From positions 10,262 to 74,261 of the forward strand of contig JBLIAG010000003.1 in the NCBI GenBank assembly GCA_047634375.1: DNA of 64,000 nt, read 5' to 3'. Origin of the DNA: Bacteriovoracaceae bacterium. GTDB taxonomy: Bacteria > Bdellovibrionota > Bacteriovoracia > Bacteriovoracales > Bacteriovoracaceae. Below are positions 47,669-58,555 of the stretch, piece after piece. The position numbers and the translations under genes were made by a program. The notes under the pieces are model-generated. The model made no database searches. It was not told the origin of the DNA and worked only from the letters and a program-made list of their open reading frames with translations. The stretch's first letter is position 1. Each line of letters opens with the position of its first letter.

Positions 47669-49861
47669 ATTTATTATCGCTTAGATTTTTCTCATGAAGG
47701 TGATGTTGGCATTGACGAGTTATCCCGAAGATTAAAAGCAACAATTCCAGATGCTGATATTGATTTATTTGTTAAGGCATTTAATTTCGCTGAACTTCAC
47801 CATAGACCACAAAAAAGAAGTTCTGGTGAACCATATATAATTCATCCCATAAATGTGGCCATTACTTTAATGAAATTAAAAATGGATCTTCAAAGTATTT
47901 GTGGAGGTTTACTTCATGATGTTGTTGAAGACTGTGATGTTTCTGAAGAAGAAATTCGCACCGAGTTCGGCGATGATATTGCAAACATCGTAATCGGTTG
48001 TACAAAAATTTCTAAAATTAAATTTAAAACAAAAGAAGAGTCACAAGCAGAAAACTTTCGAAAGATGGTTGTTGCTATGGCAAAAGATATTCGAGTTATC
48101 ATTGTTAAACTTGCAGATAGAATGCATAACATGCTTACTCTTCAGTACGTCTCAAAAGAAAAACAGGTTAAGAAAGCTCAAGAAACATTAGATATTTATG
48201 TCCCGCTTGCTAGTAGACTTGGTATTAACTCTGTTAAGAGTGAACTTGAAGATTTATGTTTACGATTTTTACACCCAGAGGTTTATTACAGACTGGCTGA
48301 AAAAATTGCTATGAAAAAATCAGAGCGAGAATTTTATATTAAAGAAACCGTTGAAGGAATGAAAGAAAAGCTTTCAGAGTACTCTGTCAAAGCTGATGTT
48401 TCGGGACGTCCAAAGCATTTCTATTCTATTTATAAAAAAATGCACCATAGAGGTGTTGATTATGATCAAATTCAAGACTTACTGGCATTCAGAATTATTA
48501 CTAATAATATTACTGAATGTTATAAGTGCTTAGGAATTATTCATTCATCTTTCACACCTGTTCCTGGAAGGTTTAAAGATTATATCGCCATCCCAAAAGT
48601 GAACGGCTATCAATCACTCCATACAACTGTTATTGGGCCAGGGGCGGAAAGAATAGAGATTCAAATTAGAACCACCGAGATGCAAGATATTGCAGAGACT
48701 GGTGTTGCTGCACACTGGGTTTATAAGAACGGTTCAAAAAGGCCTAAGAATTTAAAATGGGTTGAAGAGCTAATGGAGTACAATCGTGATATTCAGCAAA
48801 GTTCTGAATTCATGGATGTTGTAAAAAATGATTTAGATGTTGGTGGAATATTTGTTTTTACTCCTAGTGGGGATGTTCGAGAACTAAGACATGGTTCTAG
48901 CCCATTAGATTTTGCATATGCCGTTCATACGGATGTTGGAAATTGTTGTGTTGGAGCTAAAGTAAATGGAAAGATGGTACCACTAAAGTACCGACTTAAA
49001 TCTGGTGATACTGTTGAAGTCCTGACTTCAAAGACACAAACACCTAGTAAAGACTGGCTAAAGATAGCTAAGACGAGTAAGGCGAGAACAAAGATTAAGC
49101 AACATCTTTTAAAGCTAGAGCGGGAAAGAAATAGAGAGATCGGAGAAGAGATTCTTGATAAGGCGATTAAAGCATACGGAACGACTATTAAGGCACTTGA
49201 TAAGAAGAATGACTTTAATAAAACATTCGATCATTTAAATGTAAAAGACTTACCAGAACTTTGTCTTCATTTAGGCTCTGGAAGATTTCCTATTAAGCAA
49301 GTTTTAGAACTTATTCCATCAATCGATTTCAATTCACAAGATGAAGAAGTAAAGGAAAAGAAAAAAAAGGAATTTGATACTCTTTATAAAGAAATTTCAA
49401 ATACTGCGAAGAAAACCTCTAATAAAGATAACGCCGTTATTGTTGATGGTCTTGATGATATAATGGTGCGTATGGGTAAGTGTTGTAATCCAATACCAGG
49501 AGATCCAATTGTTGGATTTATTACAAGAGGACGTGGAATTACAATTCATACTAAGGCCTGTCAAAGAGTTCATGAGATTGAGGATACAAGAAAAGTATTT
49601 GTTGAGTGGAACTCTGCATACAGCTTTAGGCATCCGGTAAGTGTTAGAGTTATTACTCACGATAGACCAGGTACATTGTCTCGAATAACAAATAATATTC
49701 ATGGGCATGGAATTAATATCAAATCTGCTATTGCAAAATCTCTTCCGGACATGAAGGGAAGTTTCCTTTTCGAGATTGAAGTTAAAGATTATTCAGAGTA
49801 TTTAAAAGTTGTTTCGTTGATTGAAGCAATGGAAGAAATAATTTCAGTAACAAGGTCATAG
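47669..49861 (+). CDS. rel: bifunctional (p)ppGpp synthetase/hydrolase RelA/SpoT family; 5' end uncertain (no canonical start codon in frame)
   Basis: HD motif HHRPQKRSSGEPYIIHP…LHDVVED encoded in frame upstream of first ATG (47855); synthetase, TGS and C-terminal ACT regions follow; candidate ATT start at 47669 six nt after GGGAG. Confidence 0.8.
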   Translation: MYYRLDFSHEGDVGIDELSRRLKATIPDADIDLFVKAFNFAELHHRPQKRSSGEPYIIHPINVAITLMKLKMDLQSICGGLLHDVVEDCDVSEEEIRTEFGDDIANIVIGCTKISKIKFKTKEESQAENFRKMVVAMAKDIRVIIVKLADRMHNMLTLQYVSKEKQVKKAQETLDIYVPLASRLGINSVKSELEDLCLRFLHPEVYYRLAEKIAMKKSEREFYIKETVEGMKEKLSEYSVKADVSGRPKHFYSIYKKMHHRGVDYDQIQDLLAFRIITNNITECYKCLGIIHSSFTPVPGRFKDYIAIPKVNGYQSLHTTVIGPGAERIEIQIRTTEMQDIAETGVAAHWVYKNGSKRPKNLKWVEELMEYNRDIQQSSEFMDVVKNDLDVGGIFVFTPSGDVRELRHGSSPLDFAYAVHTDVGNCCVGAKVNGKMVPLKYRLKSGDTVEVLTSKTQTPSKDWLKIAKTSKARTKIKQHLLKLERERNREIGEEILDKAIKAYGTTIKALDKKNDFNKTFDHLNVKDLPELCLHLGSGRFPIKQVLELIPSIDFNSQDEEVKEKKKKEFDTLYKEISNTAKKTSNKDNAVIVDGLDDIMVRMGKCCNPIPGDPIVGFITRGRGITIHTKACQRVHEIEDTRKVFVEWNSAYSFRHPVSVRVITHDRPGTLSRITNNIHGHGINIKSAIAKSLPDMKGSFLFEIEVKDYSEYLKVVSLIEAMEEIISVTRS

Positions 49862-49865
49862 GAGA

Positions 49866-50819
49866 GTGAAAGCTTTATTTAGATTTATTCTTTTCGTCTT
49901 TCTATTCAGTAGTGTTGCATCTGCAACAACTGTTTATGACAAGTTCTCAGATGAGACCTTTAGAAAAATCGATAACTCTCTTACTATTCATATTATACCG
50001 TCGACGTATCCACTAAACTGGACGACGCCAAGGTCATTACTCTTTTCGATAATAAAGAATAAATATTTTTTTCCAAAGACGAATCATTTTATTGGCCATG
50101 TTTCAGCAGAATTAAATTGTACGATTAATGGAAAAAAGGAACGACTCTTTATGGGGCAGTCCTCGAATTCTCTCGATGGTTTTAGAGATTTTATTTTACA
50201 AGGTTATGGTTTTTCACTTCTTAATATGCCAACAAATAACTATGATGACGTTCCACTTTTAACAGTGCCCGGTAAGTTGGATCAGGTTGAAGGCTCTTCA
50301 CAGCACTTTGATGATTTAATTTCATCTGATGTTTTTGGATTACTTTCTTTTCGTATTAAACAAAAAGACTGTGAAGCAACTGCTGAATTTATGAAAGAGT
50401 ATCACCAGAGAACCCTAAACAATCAGGGGGCCGGAAATAACTATGGTTTTGGCGCAGATCCAATAAAATTTCAAGGTGCAGGTTGTGCACCATTCGTTCA
50501 AACCTTATTTGAGACCTCACAACTTTTTGATTTCAGCAAAGAGATGAATCAAGTTGTGTACCTTCCAAACTCCCTTCTTGGAAATCCAAAAAATGGAAAA
50601 AAAGTCGGATTGTGGACACTTCTAACTTCAAATTTGGATATGAGTGTTAAGGACAAGAAAACGAGGACATTTTCATTTCCTGATCCACAATTATTATTTG
50701 AAAAACTGAATAGTATCTACTCAGGTAAAGAGAAAGCAGGTGCAACGCTAGTTCAAAAGGGACTAATTGGTAATAGAGCTCCTTATGTCATACTAGATAT
50801 GACCTTAAGCACTAATTAA
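49866..50819 (+). CDS. hypothetical secreted protein (GTG start)
   Basis: 317 aa; signal peptide MKALFRFILFVFLFSSVASA. Confidence 0.4.
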   Translation: MKALFRFILFVFLFSSVASATTVYDKFSDETFRKIDNSLTIHIIPSTYPLNWTTPRSLLFSIIKNKYFFPKTNHFIGHVSAELNCTINGKKERLFMGQSSNSLDGFRDFILQGYGFSLLNMPTNNYDDVPLLTVPGKLDQVEGSSQHFDDLISSDVFGLLSFRIKQKDCEATAEFMKEYHQRTLNNQGAGNNYGFGADPIKFQGAGCAPFVQTLFETSQLFDFSKEMNQVVYLPNSLLGNPKNGKKVGLWTLLTSNLDMSVKDKKTRTFSFPDPQLLFEKLNSIYSGKEKAGATLVQKGLIGNRAPYVILDMTLSTN

Positions 50820-50866
50820 TCCAGTTCTTGCTTGGAAAAATGTGTTAAATCTGAAATAATTTTGAA

Positions 50867-51679
50867 ATGAGCCTTATACGACTATTATTATCAAGCACCA
50901 TCTTCTTAACCCTAGCTATTCCTAGTCTGGGGTGGTCTAAGGATAACTTTCTCGAATTCGGGGATATTAACTTTGGTAGGGACTTTAAAGAAAAGAGTAA
51001 GTGGTTATTTAAATCAGGCGTTGAATTAATTAACTACCCGACAGTCTTACCAGAGTTCGATGGTGAACATGAAAATATTGGTGACAGTGAGAGAAATGAA
51101 CTCAACGGTTACGGTTTAAACTTTGGTCGTGACTTCTATCTTACAAATGGCTTTTCAGCTTTAATTACTGTAGGTGCTTATTACAGTAAGACTCTAGATA
51201 AAACAATTGGAAAAGCAGCTCAAGATATTGATTTGGATTTCTCAGAAACTCGAACAGCTCATCAATTGTCAGCGTATGAAGCAGCTATAGCATTTAACTA
51301 TATTGTTGATTATAAAATTGTCGACATCCAGCCATTTATTGAAGTTGGTGCTGGTGTTGGTACTGCTAAAACTGAAAAGCAATATAAAAGTATAGGACTT
51401 ACTTCTGTTACTAATGGTTCAGAAAACTATGATGTGACGGTTAATGAGGACTTTACCTTTTCTAGAGTATCTCTTGGGGTGAATCTCATTTCTTATAAAG
51501 GCTTAATGTCTTACTTAAAGTTGACTAGTATGCAGATTGCCAAATCTTCAAGAAAAACAGAAGGGAACTCTAATGCTTATCAATCCGCGACAGTTATTGA
51601 TATCAGTTCTGATGAAAAGAATTTAAAAGAATCCGAAACTGTAACAATGGTTTCTGTTGGTATTGGGAGATATTTCTAA
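50867..51679 (+). CDS. putative outer-membrane beta-barrel protein (hypothetical)
   Basis: 270 aa; signal peptide; alternating pattern; C-terminal …GIGRYF. Confidence 0.4.
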   Translation: MSLIRLLLSSTIFLTLAIPSLGWSKDNFLEFGDINFGRDFKEKSKWLFKSGVELINYPTVLPEFDGEHENIGDSERNELNGYGLNFGRDFYLTNGFSALITVGAYYSKTLDKTIGKAAQDIDLDFSETRTAHQLSAYEAAIAFNYIVDYKIVDIQPFIEVGAGVGTAKTEKQYKSIGLTSVTNGSENYDVTVNEDFTFSRVSLGVNLISYKGLMSYLKLTSMQIAKSSRKTEGNSNAYQSATVIDISSDEKNLKESETVTMVSVGIGRYF

Positions 51680-52530
51680 TGAATAAGTTTGGTATCATTT
51701 TTCTTTTATTCACCGTAAGCATAATAAGTAGTTGCGATACAGTCGAAGAAATTTTTCTTTTTGATAAAAATGATCCCGAATATGCTGAACTTCTTGCTAT
51801 GCAAGCAGCAAAATGTGTAAGTGATGCTAAAATATTTGATGCACTTGATGAGTCCAAAGATTTTTTAAATTCAGGAGAGTTAAATCGTATTTATAAAATT
51901 TCCCAGGATACTCAAAACTTACGAGAAGTATTTGTAAAGATTACTAATGTAACTGCAACTGAAATGGAATTAAGGTTTAATAGTAGTGATGATACTCTAG
52001 ATAAAGTCGTAACTTTTGAGGTGACAGATCATGAAGCGCTTATTGATGAATTGAAAATTGTTTCTTGTACAGCCGAATACAGTGATCATTTCACTGCCTC
52101 AGGACTATCAAGTACGGATAAGATGACCTTAAAGTGGTTTAAAGAAACTATTGTTGTTATTGATGATGACGATGATGATGATGAACCAGAGAAATATAAT
52201 CGTAGAACTGATACTTATACTTTTGATAAAGATTTACCACTTATCTTTTTTTACTATAATGGAACAAAAATATCAAATGTCATGGATGACGATAGCGATG
52301 ATGCTAAAGAGAAAACTTCAACGAGTAAAATTACAATCACTGATGTTACTAGTGAAAATGAGTGTGATCCAAGTGAAGATAGCTATAATTTAAACTGTGA
52401 ATTCTCTTTAACGTCACCTGTATGTAGTGTTGAAATTAAGGCAGGTTTATATAGTTCTAATCGTTTCTCAGATGAACTTATTGATATGCCAGACGCAAAT
52501 TGTAACTTATTACAATCAGCTAATTTATAA
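51679..52530 (+). CDS. hypothetical lipoprotein with acidic poly-Asp tracts
   Basis: 283 aa; lipobox IISSCDT; IDDDDDDDEPEK and DDDSDDAKE runs; ATG overlaps upstream stop. Confidence 0.4.
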   Translation: MNKFGIIFLLFTVSIISSCDTVEEIFLFDKNDPEYAELLAMQAAKCVSDAKIFDALDESKDFLNSGELNRIYKISQDTQNLREVFVKITNVTATEMELRFNSSDDTLDKVVTFEVTDHEALIDELKIVSCTAEYSDHFTASGLSSTDKMTLKWFKETIVVIDDDDDDDEPEKYNRRTDTYTFDKDLPLIFFYYNGTKISNVMDDDSDDAKEKTSTSKITITDVTSENECDPSEDSYNLNCEFSLTSPVCSVEIKAGLYSSNRFSDELIDMPDANCNLLQSANL

Positions 52531-53205
52531 TTCTTGATGAATTACTGTTTCGTTACGATCCCAAAATAATAAGAATGTAGAAGTTTTAAAGAACTTATAA
52601 ACCTCTTTGAAAAGCTTTTGGAGATTATTAGTTTGGCGATAATCACTCGGAATACTTTCAAAGTGAAATTTAAATTCTGAGTTTTGATCTGATAAGGCAC
52701 TCATAATCGTAGATATTCTCAGCATGTGATAATCACTAGAAATAATGAGTACATTTTTTACTGTCGAGAGTTTTTCCATATAGTGGATTGTTGCGAGGCC
52801 ATTTTCAATAGTGTTTCTTGCAAGGTAGTCTAATTCAATATGATGACTTTCTTGCTCAAGATAATCATCTACAGATATGTCTTTACCTTGTTTCTTTAAA
52901 AGTATCTTTAAATTATTTTTAGCATATACACCGGTTATAAAAATTTTTGCAGATGGGTGCTTTTCGGCTTTCTTTAAAGTGTAATCAATTCTTCCTGTAT
53001 CACCTGTAAAGACTGCAATAAGGTCAGGGGATCTTTTGAAGAATGCCTGGGCAGTAGCTTCATTTTGTTTTTCTGCATAAATAGGGATGTAGATACAAAG
53101 TAGGGTAAATGAAACACAGATAAGACTTGATATAATCACGATAGAACGAAAAATTCTTTTCGTTCTAGTCTTACGTGTTTCAAATACATACTTTTTTGTA
53201 AACAA
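52525..53205 (-). CDS. DUF218/YdcF-family protein (SanA/ElyC-like)
   Basis: 226 aa; N-terminal TM; LIAVFTGDTGRI…IFITGV…VLIISSDYHMLR pattern of DUF218. Confidence 0.55.
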   Translation of the reverse strand: MFTKKYVFETRKTRTKRIFRSIVIISSLICVSFTLLCIYIPIYAEKQNEATAQAFFKRSPDLIAVFTGDTGRIDYTLKKAEKHPSAKIFITGVYAKNNLKILLKKQGKDISVDDYLEQESHHIELDYLARNTIENGLATIHYMEKLSTVKNVLIISSDYHMLRISTIMSALSDQNSEFKFHFESIPSDYRQTNNLQKLFKEVYKFFKTSTFLLFWDRNETVIHQEL

Positions 53206-53208
53206 TCT

Positions 53209-53595
53209 TTAGCCTTTTGCTGCGATTACTTCTATTTCTACAACTGCACCTTTTGGAAGGTTTGGAACTTCAACGCAACTTCTTGCAGGGTAGGGTTCAG
53301 AGAAATATTTAACATAAGCATCGTTAACTAGACCAAATTTTCCAAGGTCAGTTACAAAGATACTTGTTTTGATAATGTGTTCTCTTGTAATAGAGCAGCT
53401 CTCAAGTAGTCCATCAATATTTCTCATGATTTGATCAATTTGAGCTTGAAACCCTTCAACTAAAGTTGATGTTTTAGGATCAATTCCGATCTGACCTGAA
53501 AAGTAAAAGACACCATTATGCTCTACACCCTGAGAGTATGTTCCAACAGCTTGTGGAGCTAAATCTGTTTGAATTATATTCTTTTTAAAACCCAT
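53209..53595 (-). CDS. ridA: RidA/YjgF-family enamine/imine deaminase
   Basis: 128 aa; typical pattern APQAVGTYSQ…GQIGIDP…RSCVEV…LPKGA.VEIEVIA. Confidence 0.85.
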   Translation of the reverse strand: MGFKKNIIQTDLAPQAVGTYSQGVEHNGVFYFSGQIGIDPKTSTLVEGFQAQIDQIMRNIDGLLESCSITREHIIKTSIFVTDLGKFGLVNDAYVKYFSEPYPARSCVEVPNLPKGAVVEIEVIAAKG

Positions 53596-53605
53596 GTCGT
53601 CCTCT

Positions 53606-55876
53606 TTATTTATTTCTTAAATCACTAACAAGTGCAGTTACGTGAGTCATGTTAATAATCTCTTCAACAGTTGAAGTCCTCTGAACAATATTCGCTGCAA
53701 AGTCAGATGGAGCAATTACTGGACCGATAGCTGTACACTCACTTAACTGGCTTAAAAGCTTATAACTTATATTTGCAGATTGAAGATCTGGGAAGATGAC
53801 AATATCTGCTGGCTTTTTGAGGTCAGAAAACTTAAATAAGTTTGTTAGAATTTCATTATTAACAGCAACGTCAGCTTGCATTTCACCATCAACCATAAGC
53901 TCTGGCATTTTTGCTTTTGTTAATTCAACAGCTTTTTTTACTTTATTCGTATCACTATTAAGGTTCGATCCAAAGTTAGAGTAACTTAAGAATGCTACCG
54001 ATGGTTCTTTTTGCATAAGATTTCTATACATTTCAGTTGTTGCAATTGCAATGTCTGAAAGATCTTCTGCTGATGGATTAAGTTGTACAGTACAGTCAGA
54101 TAAGAAAAGAACTCTGTTTCTATAAACGAGTATGATTATTCCACAGGCTTTAGTTCCTTTTTGGTGACCAAGTACTCTCATCATTGGTTTGAAACAGTCA
54201 GGGTAGTTTTGAGTTGTTCCTGTTATCATCCCATCAGCATGACCTTTCTTTACCATCATTGATGCAAAGTAGTTTCCACGTTTCATTAAATCTTCAGAAA
54301 GAGAAAGAGTGGCCCCTGATCTTTTTCTGTCGTTATGATAGCTAAAGTAATAATCCTTAAAGTTTCCTGACGATGATGGTTTTATAATGTCGACTTTTTC
54401 TTTTAAGTGACTCAGTCCAAGATCATCCATTTTCTTATGAATTATTTGAGTATCTCCAATAAGAATTGGCTCAATTTTTCCTTCGTCAGTTAAAGTTTCA
54501 ACTGCTCTTAGAATTCTTGTGTTTGTTCCTTCTGAGAAAACGATTTTTTTCTTATCTTGTTTGTTTAATCTTGATCTAACAGATCTCATAAACTCAGCTG
54601 ATTGCCCTAGACGAGCTTCAAGCTCTAGTGCGTATTGATTAAAGTCAGTAATGATTTCTCTTGCGACTCCTGAATCACAAGCGGCTTTTGCAACTGCAGG
54701 TGCTACGCGTGTTAAAACTCTTTTATCAAAAGGCTTAGGGATTAAATAATCTTTTCCGAATTTAAAACTTTTTCCACCGTATGCCATTTTTACATTTTCA
54801 GGAACTTCTTCTTTTGCAAGATTTGCAAGAGCATAAACTGCAGCGATTTTCATCTCTTCATTTATTTTTCTGGCCTTAACATCAAGTGCTCCTCTAAAGA
54901 TAAACGGGAAGCCTAGAACATTATTAACTTGGTTAGGGTAATCTGAACGACCTGTTGCCATGATTGCGTCATCTCTAACTTCGGCAACTTCTTCAGGAAG
55001 AATTTCTGGATCAGGGTTTGCCATTGCAAAAATAATAGGTTGTTTTGCCATTGTCTTTACCATCTCTTTGGTAACGACACCTTTAGCAGAACAACCCATA
55101 AAAGCATCAGCACCGTCAAGGGCATCAGCAATAGTTCTGGCCTTTGATTCAGCTGCGAATTGATCTTTGTACTTGTTCATTCCTTCTTTTCTACCTTTAT
55201 ATATAACTCCCTTGGAGTCACACATTAAAAGGTTTTCAGGTTTTGCCCCAAGGCGGAAAAAAAGCTTTGCAATTGCCATGGCAGCGGCACCAGCACCACT
55301 GAAAACTATTTTTGTATCTTCAATTTTTCTATTAGTTAATTCAAGAGCATTTACAAAACCTGCCGTTGCGATAATGGCAGTACCATGTTGATCATCATGA
55401 AAAACTGGAATATCCATAATTTCTTGAAGTTGAGCTTCAACTTCAAAACACTCTGGTGCTTTAATGTCTTCAAGGTTAATTCCACCAAAAGTAGGTTCTA
55501 GAGGTTTGATTGTTGCAACCATTTCTTCAACGGTAGTACAGTCGATTTCAATATCGAATACATCTACATCTGCGAATCGCTTAAAGAGAACACCTTTACC
55601 TTCCATAACTGGCTTTCCAGCAAGTGCACCAATATTTCCAAGTCCTAGTACGGCGGAACCGTTACTTATTACACCAACTAAATTTCCTTTTGATGTATAT
55701 TTGTAAACAGCATCTGGATTTTTTGCAATTTCTAAACAGGGCTCTGCTACTCCCGGAGAGTAGGCGAGTGATAAATCTCTAGAGGTGATACAAGGTTTAG
55801 TAGGGACAACTTCAATTTTTCCTGGTCTACCTTTTGAGTGATAATCTAAAGCGGCTTGCTTTTTATTTTCTTCCAC
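53606..55876 (-). CDS. maeB: NADP-dependent malic enzyme with C-terminal phosphotransacetylase-like domain
   Basis: 756 aa; malic-enzyme N-terminal half ([29 protein letters not shown]) + PTA-like C-terminal half. Confidence 0.9.
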   Translation of the reverse strand: MEENKKQAALDYHSKGRPGKIEVVPTKPCITSRDLSLAYSPGVAEPCLEIAKNPDAVYKYTSKGNLVGVISNGSAVLGLGNIGALAGKPVMEGKGVLFKRFADVDVFDIEIDCTTVEEMVATIKPLEPTFGGINLEDIKAPECFEVEAQLQEIMDIPVFHDDQHGTAIIATAGFVNALELTNRKIEDTKIVFSGAGAAAMAIAKLFFRLGAKPENLLMCDSKGVIYKGRKEGMNKYKDQFAAESKARTIADALDGADAFMGCSAKGVVTKEMVKTMAKQPIIFAMANPDPEILPEEVAEVRDDAIMATGRSDYPNQVNNVLGFPFIFRGALDVKARKINEEMKIAAVYALANLAKEEVPENVKMAYGGKSFKFGKDYLIPKPFDKRVLTRVAPAVAKAACDSGVAREIITDFNQYALELEARLGQSAEFMRSVRSRLNKQDKKKIVFSEGTNTRILRAVETLTDEGKIEPILIGDTQIIHKKMDDLGLSHLKEKVDIIKPSSSGNFKDYYFSYHNDRKRSGATLSLSEDLMKRGNYFASMMVKKGHADGMITGTTQNYPDCFKPMMRVLGHQKGTKACGIIILVYRNRVLFLSDCTVQLNPSAEDLSDIAIATTEMYRNLMQKEPSVAFLSYSNFGSNLNSDTNKVKKAVELTKAKMPELMVDGEMQADVAVNNEILTNLFKFSDLKKPADIVIFPDLQSANISYKLLSQLSECTAIGPVIAPSDFAANIVQRTSTVEEIINMTHVTALVSDLRNK

Positions 55877-56009
55877 AATAATTCCTTTTACTAATTAAAT
55901 TTAAATTAGAAATATTCTAACAGATTGCACAGTGTCAATGCTTCATTTTCAAGCACTTTTTTTTGATAAAAAGCGAAACGCTCAAGTTCTTTTAGTGTAG
56001 AATAGCATT

Positions 56010-56720
56010 ATGAGTTTTTTTAACACTATTTTCAAAAGAAAATTTATTGAACGTGCGTATAGATTTCTTGTCGAGGAGCATCATGATTTATCTGTTGCTA
56101 TAGACGGTGATGAGTACGCTGTTGAAAATATCTCCACTTCAGGTATTTGTTTGAGATCTGAAGAGCTCTCTGAGAAATTTAGAATATTGAATGAAACAAT
56201 TATTAGTTTGCGAGTTAACGGTAAAATTTTTAGCGTATCCGCGGATGTTGCGAGAAGAAATAAAAATTTTATAGCTTTTGCTGTTTCAAGAGATTTTCCA
56301 GAATTTAAGAAAGAAGTGAGGACATATTTTAATAATGAAATGAAGAGTATCAATGTTGTTAGAAGAGATGTTGCAGAGTTAAAGTATGAAGGGCCTGGTG
56401 AAATATTTTGGTACTATGGCGATAGATATCATGAGCTATACTTTATTATTAATCAAGGTGACCTTGTCGCATTCTGGGTTAATTGTCGTAATCTAATTTT
56501 TGAATTTAATGTTGAGGAAAAGTTAAAAACATTTCTTTTTTCAAGCCAAGATCTAGATATTAATGAAGAGTTTTCTGGTGAGTCTCAATTTAAAAACGAT
56601 CCCTTTCTTTATAGCGAAATGAATCCGTTTGTTGTGAAGTTTCTAAATGGAATTAATAATATTGATGAAAAAATTAAGTCAGAAATTTTAAAAACAATAG
56701 AGTCTGGTCGTGAATCTTAG
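56010..56720 (+). CDS. PilZ-like domain protein (tentative)
   Basis: 236 aa; N-terminal segment DGDEYAVENISTSGICL resembles PilZ D.S.GG context; weak. Confidence 0.35.
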   Translation: MSFFNTIFKRKFIERAYRFLVEEHHDLSVAIDGDEYAVENISTSGICLRSEELSEKFRILNETIISLRVNGKIFSVSADVARRNKNFIAFAVSRDFPEFKKEVRTYFNNEMKSINVVRRDVAELKYEGPGEIFWYYGDRYHELYFIINQGDLVAFWVNCRNLIFEFNVEEKLKTFLFSSQDLDINEEFSGESQFKNDPFLYSEMNPFVVKFLNGINNIDEKIKSEILKTIESGRES

Positions 56721-58480
56721 CGATTTGCGAGATTTGTTTCATTAAGTAATAAATCAAGTGAGTTGTATAGATTAACAACGCCTGGGTTTTTAATTATATC
56801 TTCTATTTGAACTTTTCCAAGACCTGGTTTAAAAACCGATGTACCAGTAAGGTCTGTTTGTCCGCTAATAATGAGTTTTTTTAATTCACTTGCTGTTAGG
56901 TGAGGATCTTGTGATAAAAGTACTGCTGCAATTGCTGAAACGATAGGTGCCGCCATTGAAGTTCCAGACATACTTGCATATTTATTATTTGGTGTTGTGG
57001 AATAAATAAATGAACCAGGTGCTAAGATATCAACATTATTCTTACCGTAATTTGAAAAAGAAGTGATTGCTGTTTCATCTTTATCTGGATTGGAAGCCGC
57101 TACTGTAATGTAGTTACTAAGCCTGATTCCATCTACTATTGGACTCGGAAAACTTTGTTTCTTATCAATATCTAAATAATCATTTCCTGAAGCTTGAATG
57201 ACTAATACATTGTTATTTTTTGCAAATTTAAGTGCAGCCTGAACTTCTCGTTTATGAGGGGATAAGTACTTTCCAAAACTAAGATTTATTATATGAGCCC
57301 CATTATTTACGGCATAATAAATTGAGTTAACAATATCTTTATCTCTTTCGTCACCATCTGGTATCGCCCTTATAGGCATGATTTTTACGTTTTTAGCGAT
57401 GCCTCTAATTCCAAAGTCATTCTCTCTATTTGCTGCAATAACACCTGCTATATGTGTTCCATGAAGTGGGGCAGGTCCAATAACATCATTATTTCCGTAA
57501 CCCTCTTCAATTATAAGATTTGGATTATCTTTTATGAGTTCTGATCTTTTTGAAAATTTATGATTGTAATGAACTTCATATTGAATGCGATAAAGCTCTT
57601 TTTGCTCTTCAAGATAGAGTTTATCTACACCTTGTTTGGAGAAATTCTTTAGGGTTTTAATTGCTTGCTTTTCAAGTGGTGATATTGTCGTAATTCTATT
57701 TAGTTTGCTCAAAGATATATTATTGATATCTAATCTATATGCAGAAAGAATTTCAAATGCTCTATGAAAAACTTTTAAGTCCATATCGTAGTCACTATAA
57801 AGTTTTTTTGCTCTTTCTCTTTTTGTCGTAATAAGTTTTTTAAGTTTTCCAAAGGAGTAATTCTCTTTGTAGGATACTTTGTTTTGTGATTGTCTCTTTA
57901 GCATTAAGCGACTGTACTCTCTTGTGATTTCTAAAGAATCTTCTTTTTGTTGAAATCTACTATCTGCTTGAGTTAGACTTGGGATAAAGGTAGCAGGGTC
58001 GATTTCAATTTGCGCATGTCCTTCCCGTGAACCAAGAAAGTTCCAGCCCATATAATCATCAACATAACCGTTATTATCATCATCGATATTGTTATTAGGA
58101 ATTTCTTTATAATTAACCCAGATTTTCCCTCGTAAGTCTTTATGGTTTACATCGATTCCAGCATCAATGATGGCAACAATAATTTCTTTTCCGTATGCTA
58201 TTTGAGGGTATGAGATATAAGCTTTTTTAGAACTAATTCCTAGTAACTTTTGGACGTTAGAGTCGAGTAGGTGCCAATCTTTTGGTACATGTGCGTTTTC
58301 ATCAAGGTAGAGAACAGTTCCTTTTAACTTGCTGATTGTTCTGAATTTTAATTTATTGTTCTTTCTAAGTATCTTTTTTAACTCAAGAGTTTTTCCAAAC
58401 GACTTTGCCATGATGAATTGGGCACCGATAATAAAAAAGAAAAAGGTAAGTCTTTTTTTGAACATAAAGCTATTTAGCAA
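56717..58480 (-). CDS. S8-family (subtilisin-like) serine peptidase, secreted
   Basis: 587 aa; signal peptide; Asp (VAIIDAGIDVNH), His (HGTHIAGVIAA), Ser (GTSMAAPIVSA) motifs. Confidence 0.8.
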   Translation of the reverse strand: MLNSFMFKKRLTFFFFIIGAQFIMAKSFGKTLELKKILRKNNKLKFRTISKLKGTVLYLDENAHVPKDWHLLDSNVQKLLGISSKKAYISYPQIAYGKEIIVAIIDAGIDVNHKDLRGKIWVNYKEIPNNNIDDDNNGYVDDYMGWNFLGSREGHAQIEIDPATFIPSLTQADSRFQQKEDSLEITREYSRLMLKRQSQNKVSYKENYSFGKLKKLITTKRERAKKLYSDYDMDLKVFHRAFEILSAYRLDINNISLSKLNRITTISPLEKQAIKTLKNFSKQGVDKLYLEEQKELYRIQYEVHYNHKFSKRSELIKDNPNLIIEEGYGNNDVIGPAPLHGTHIAGVIAANRENDFGIRGIAKNVKIMPIRAIPDGDERDKDIVNSIYYAVNNGAHIINLSFGKYLSPHKREVQAALKFAKNNNVLVIQASGNDYLDIDKKQSFPSPIVDGIRLSNYITVAASNPDKDETAITSFSNYGKNNVDILAPGSFIYSTTPNNKYASMSGTSMAAPIVSAIAAVLLSQDPHLTASELKKLIISGQTDLTGTSVFKPGLGKVQIEDIIKNPGVVNLYNSLDLLLNETNLANR

Positions 58481-58555
58481 AACCCAAAAATAACTTCAAA
58501 TGCATTGAAATTATTATACTAATATTGGGTACGTCTCATGTTGCAATGCACTGTC

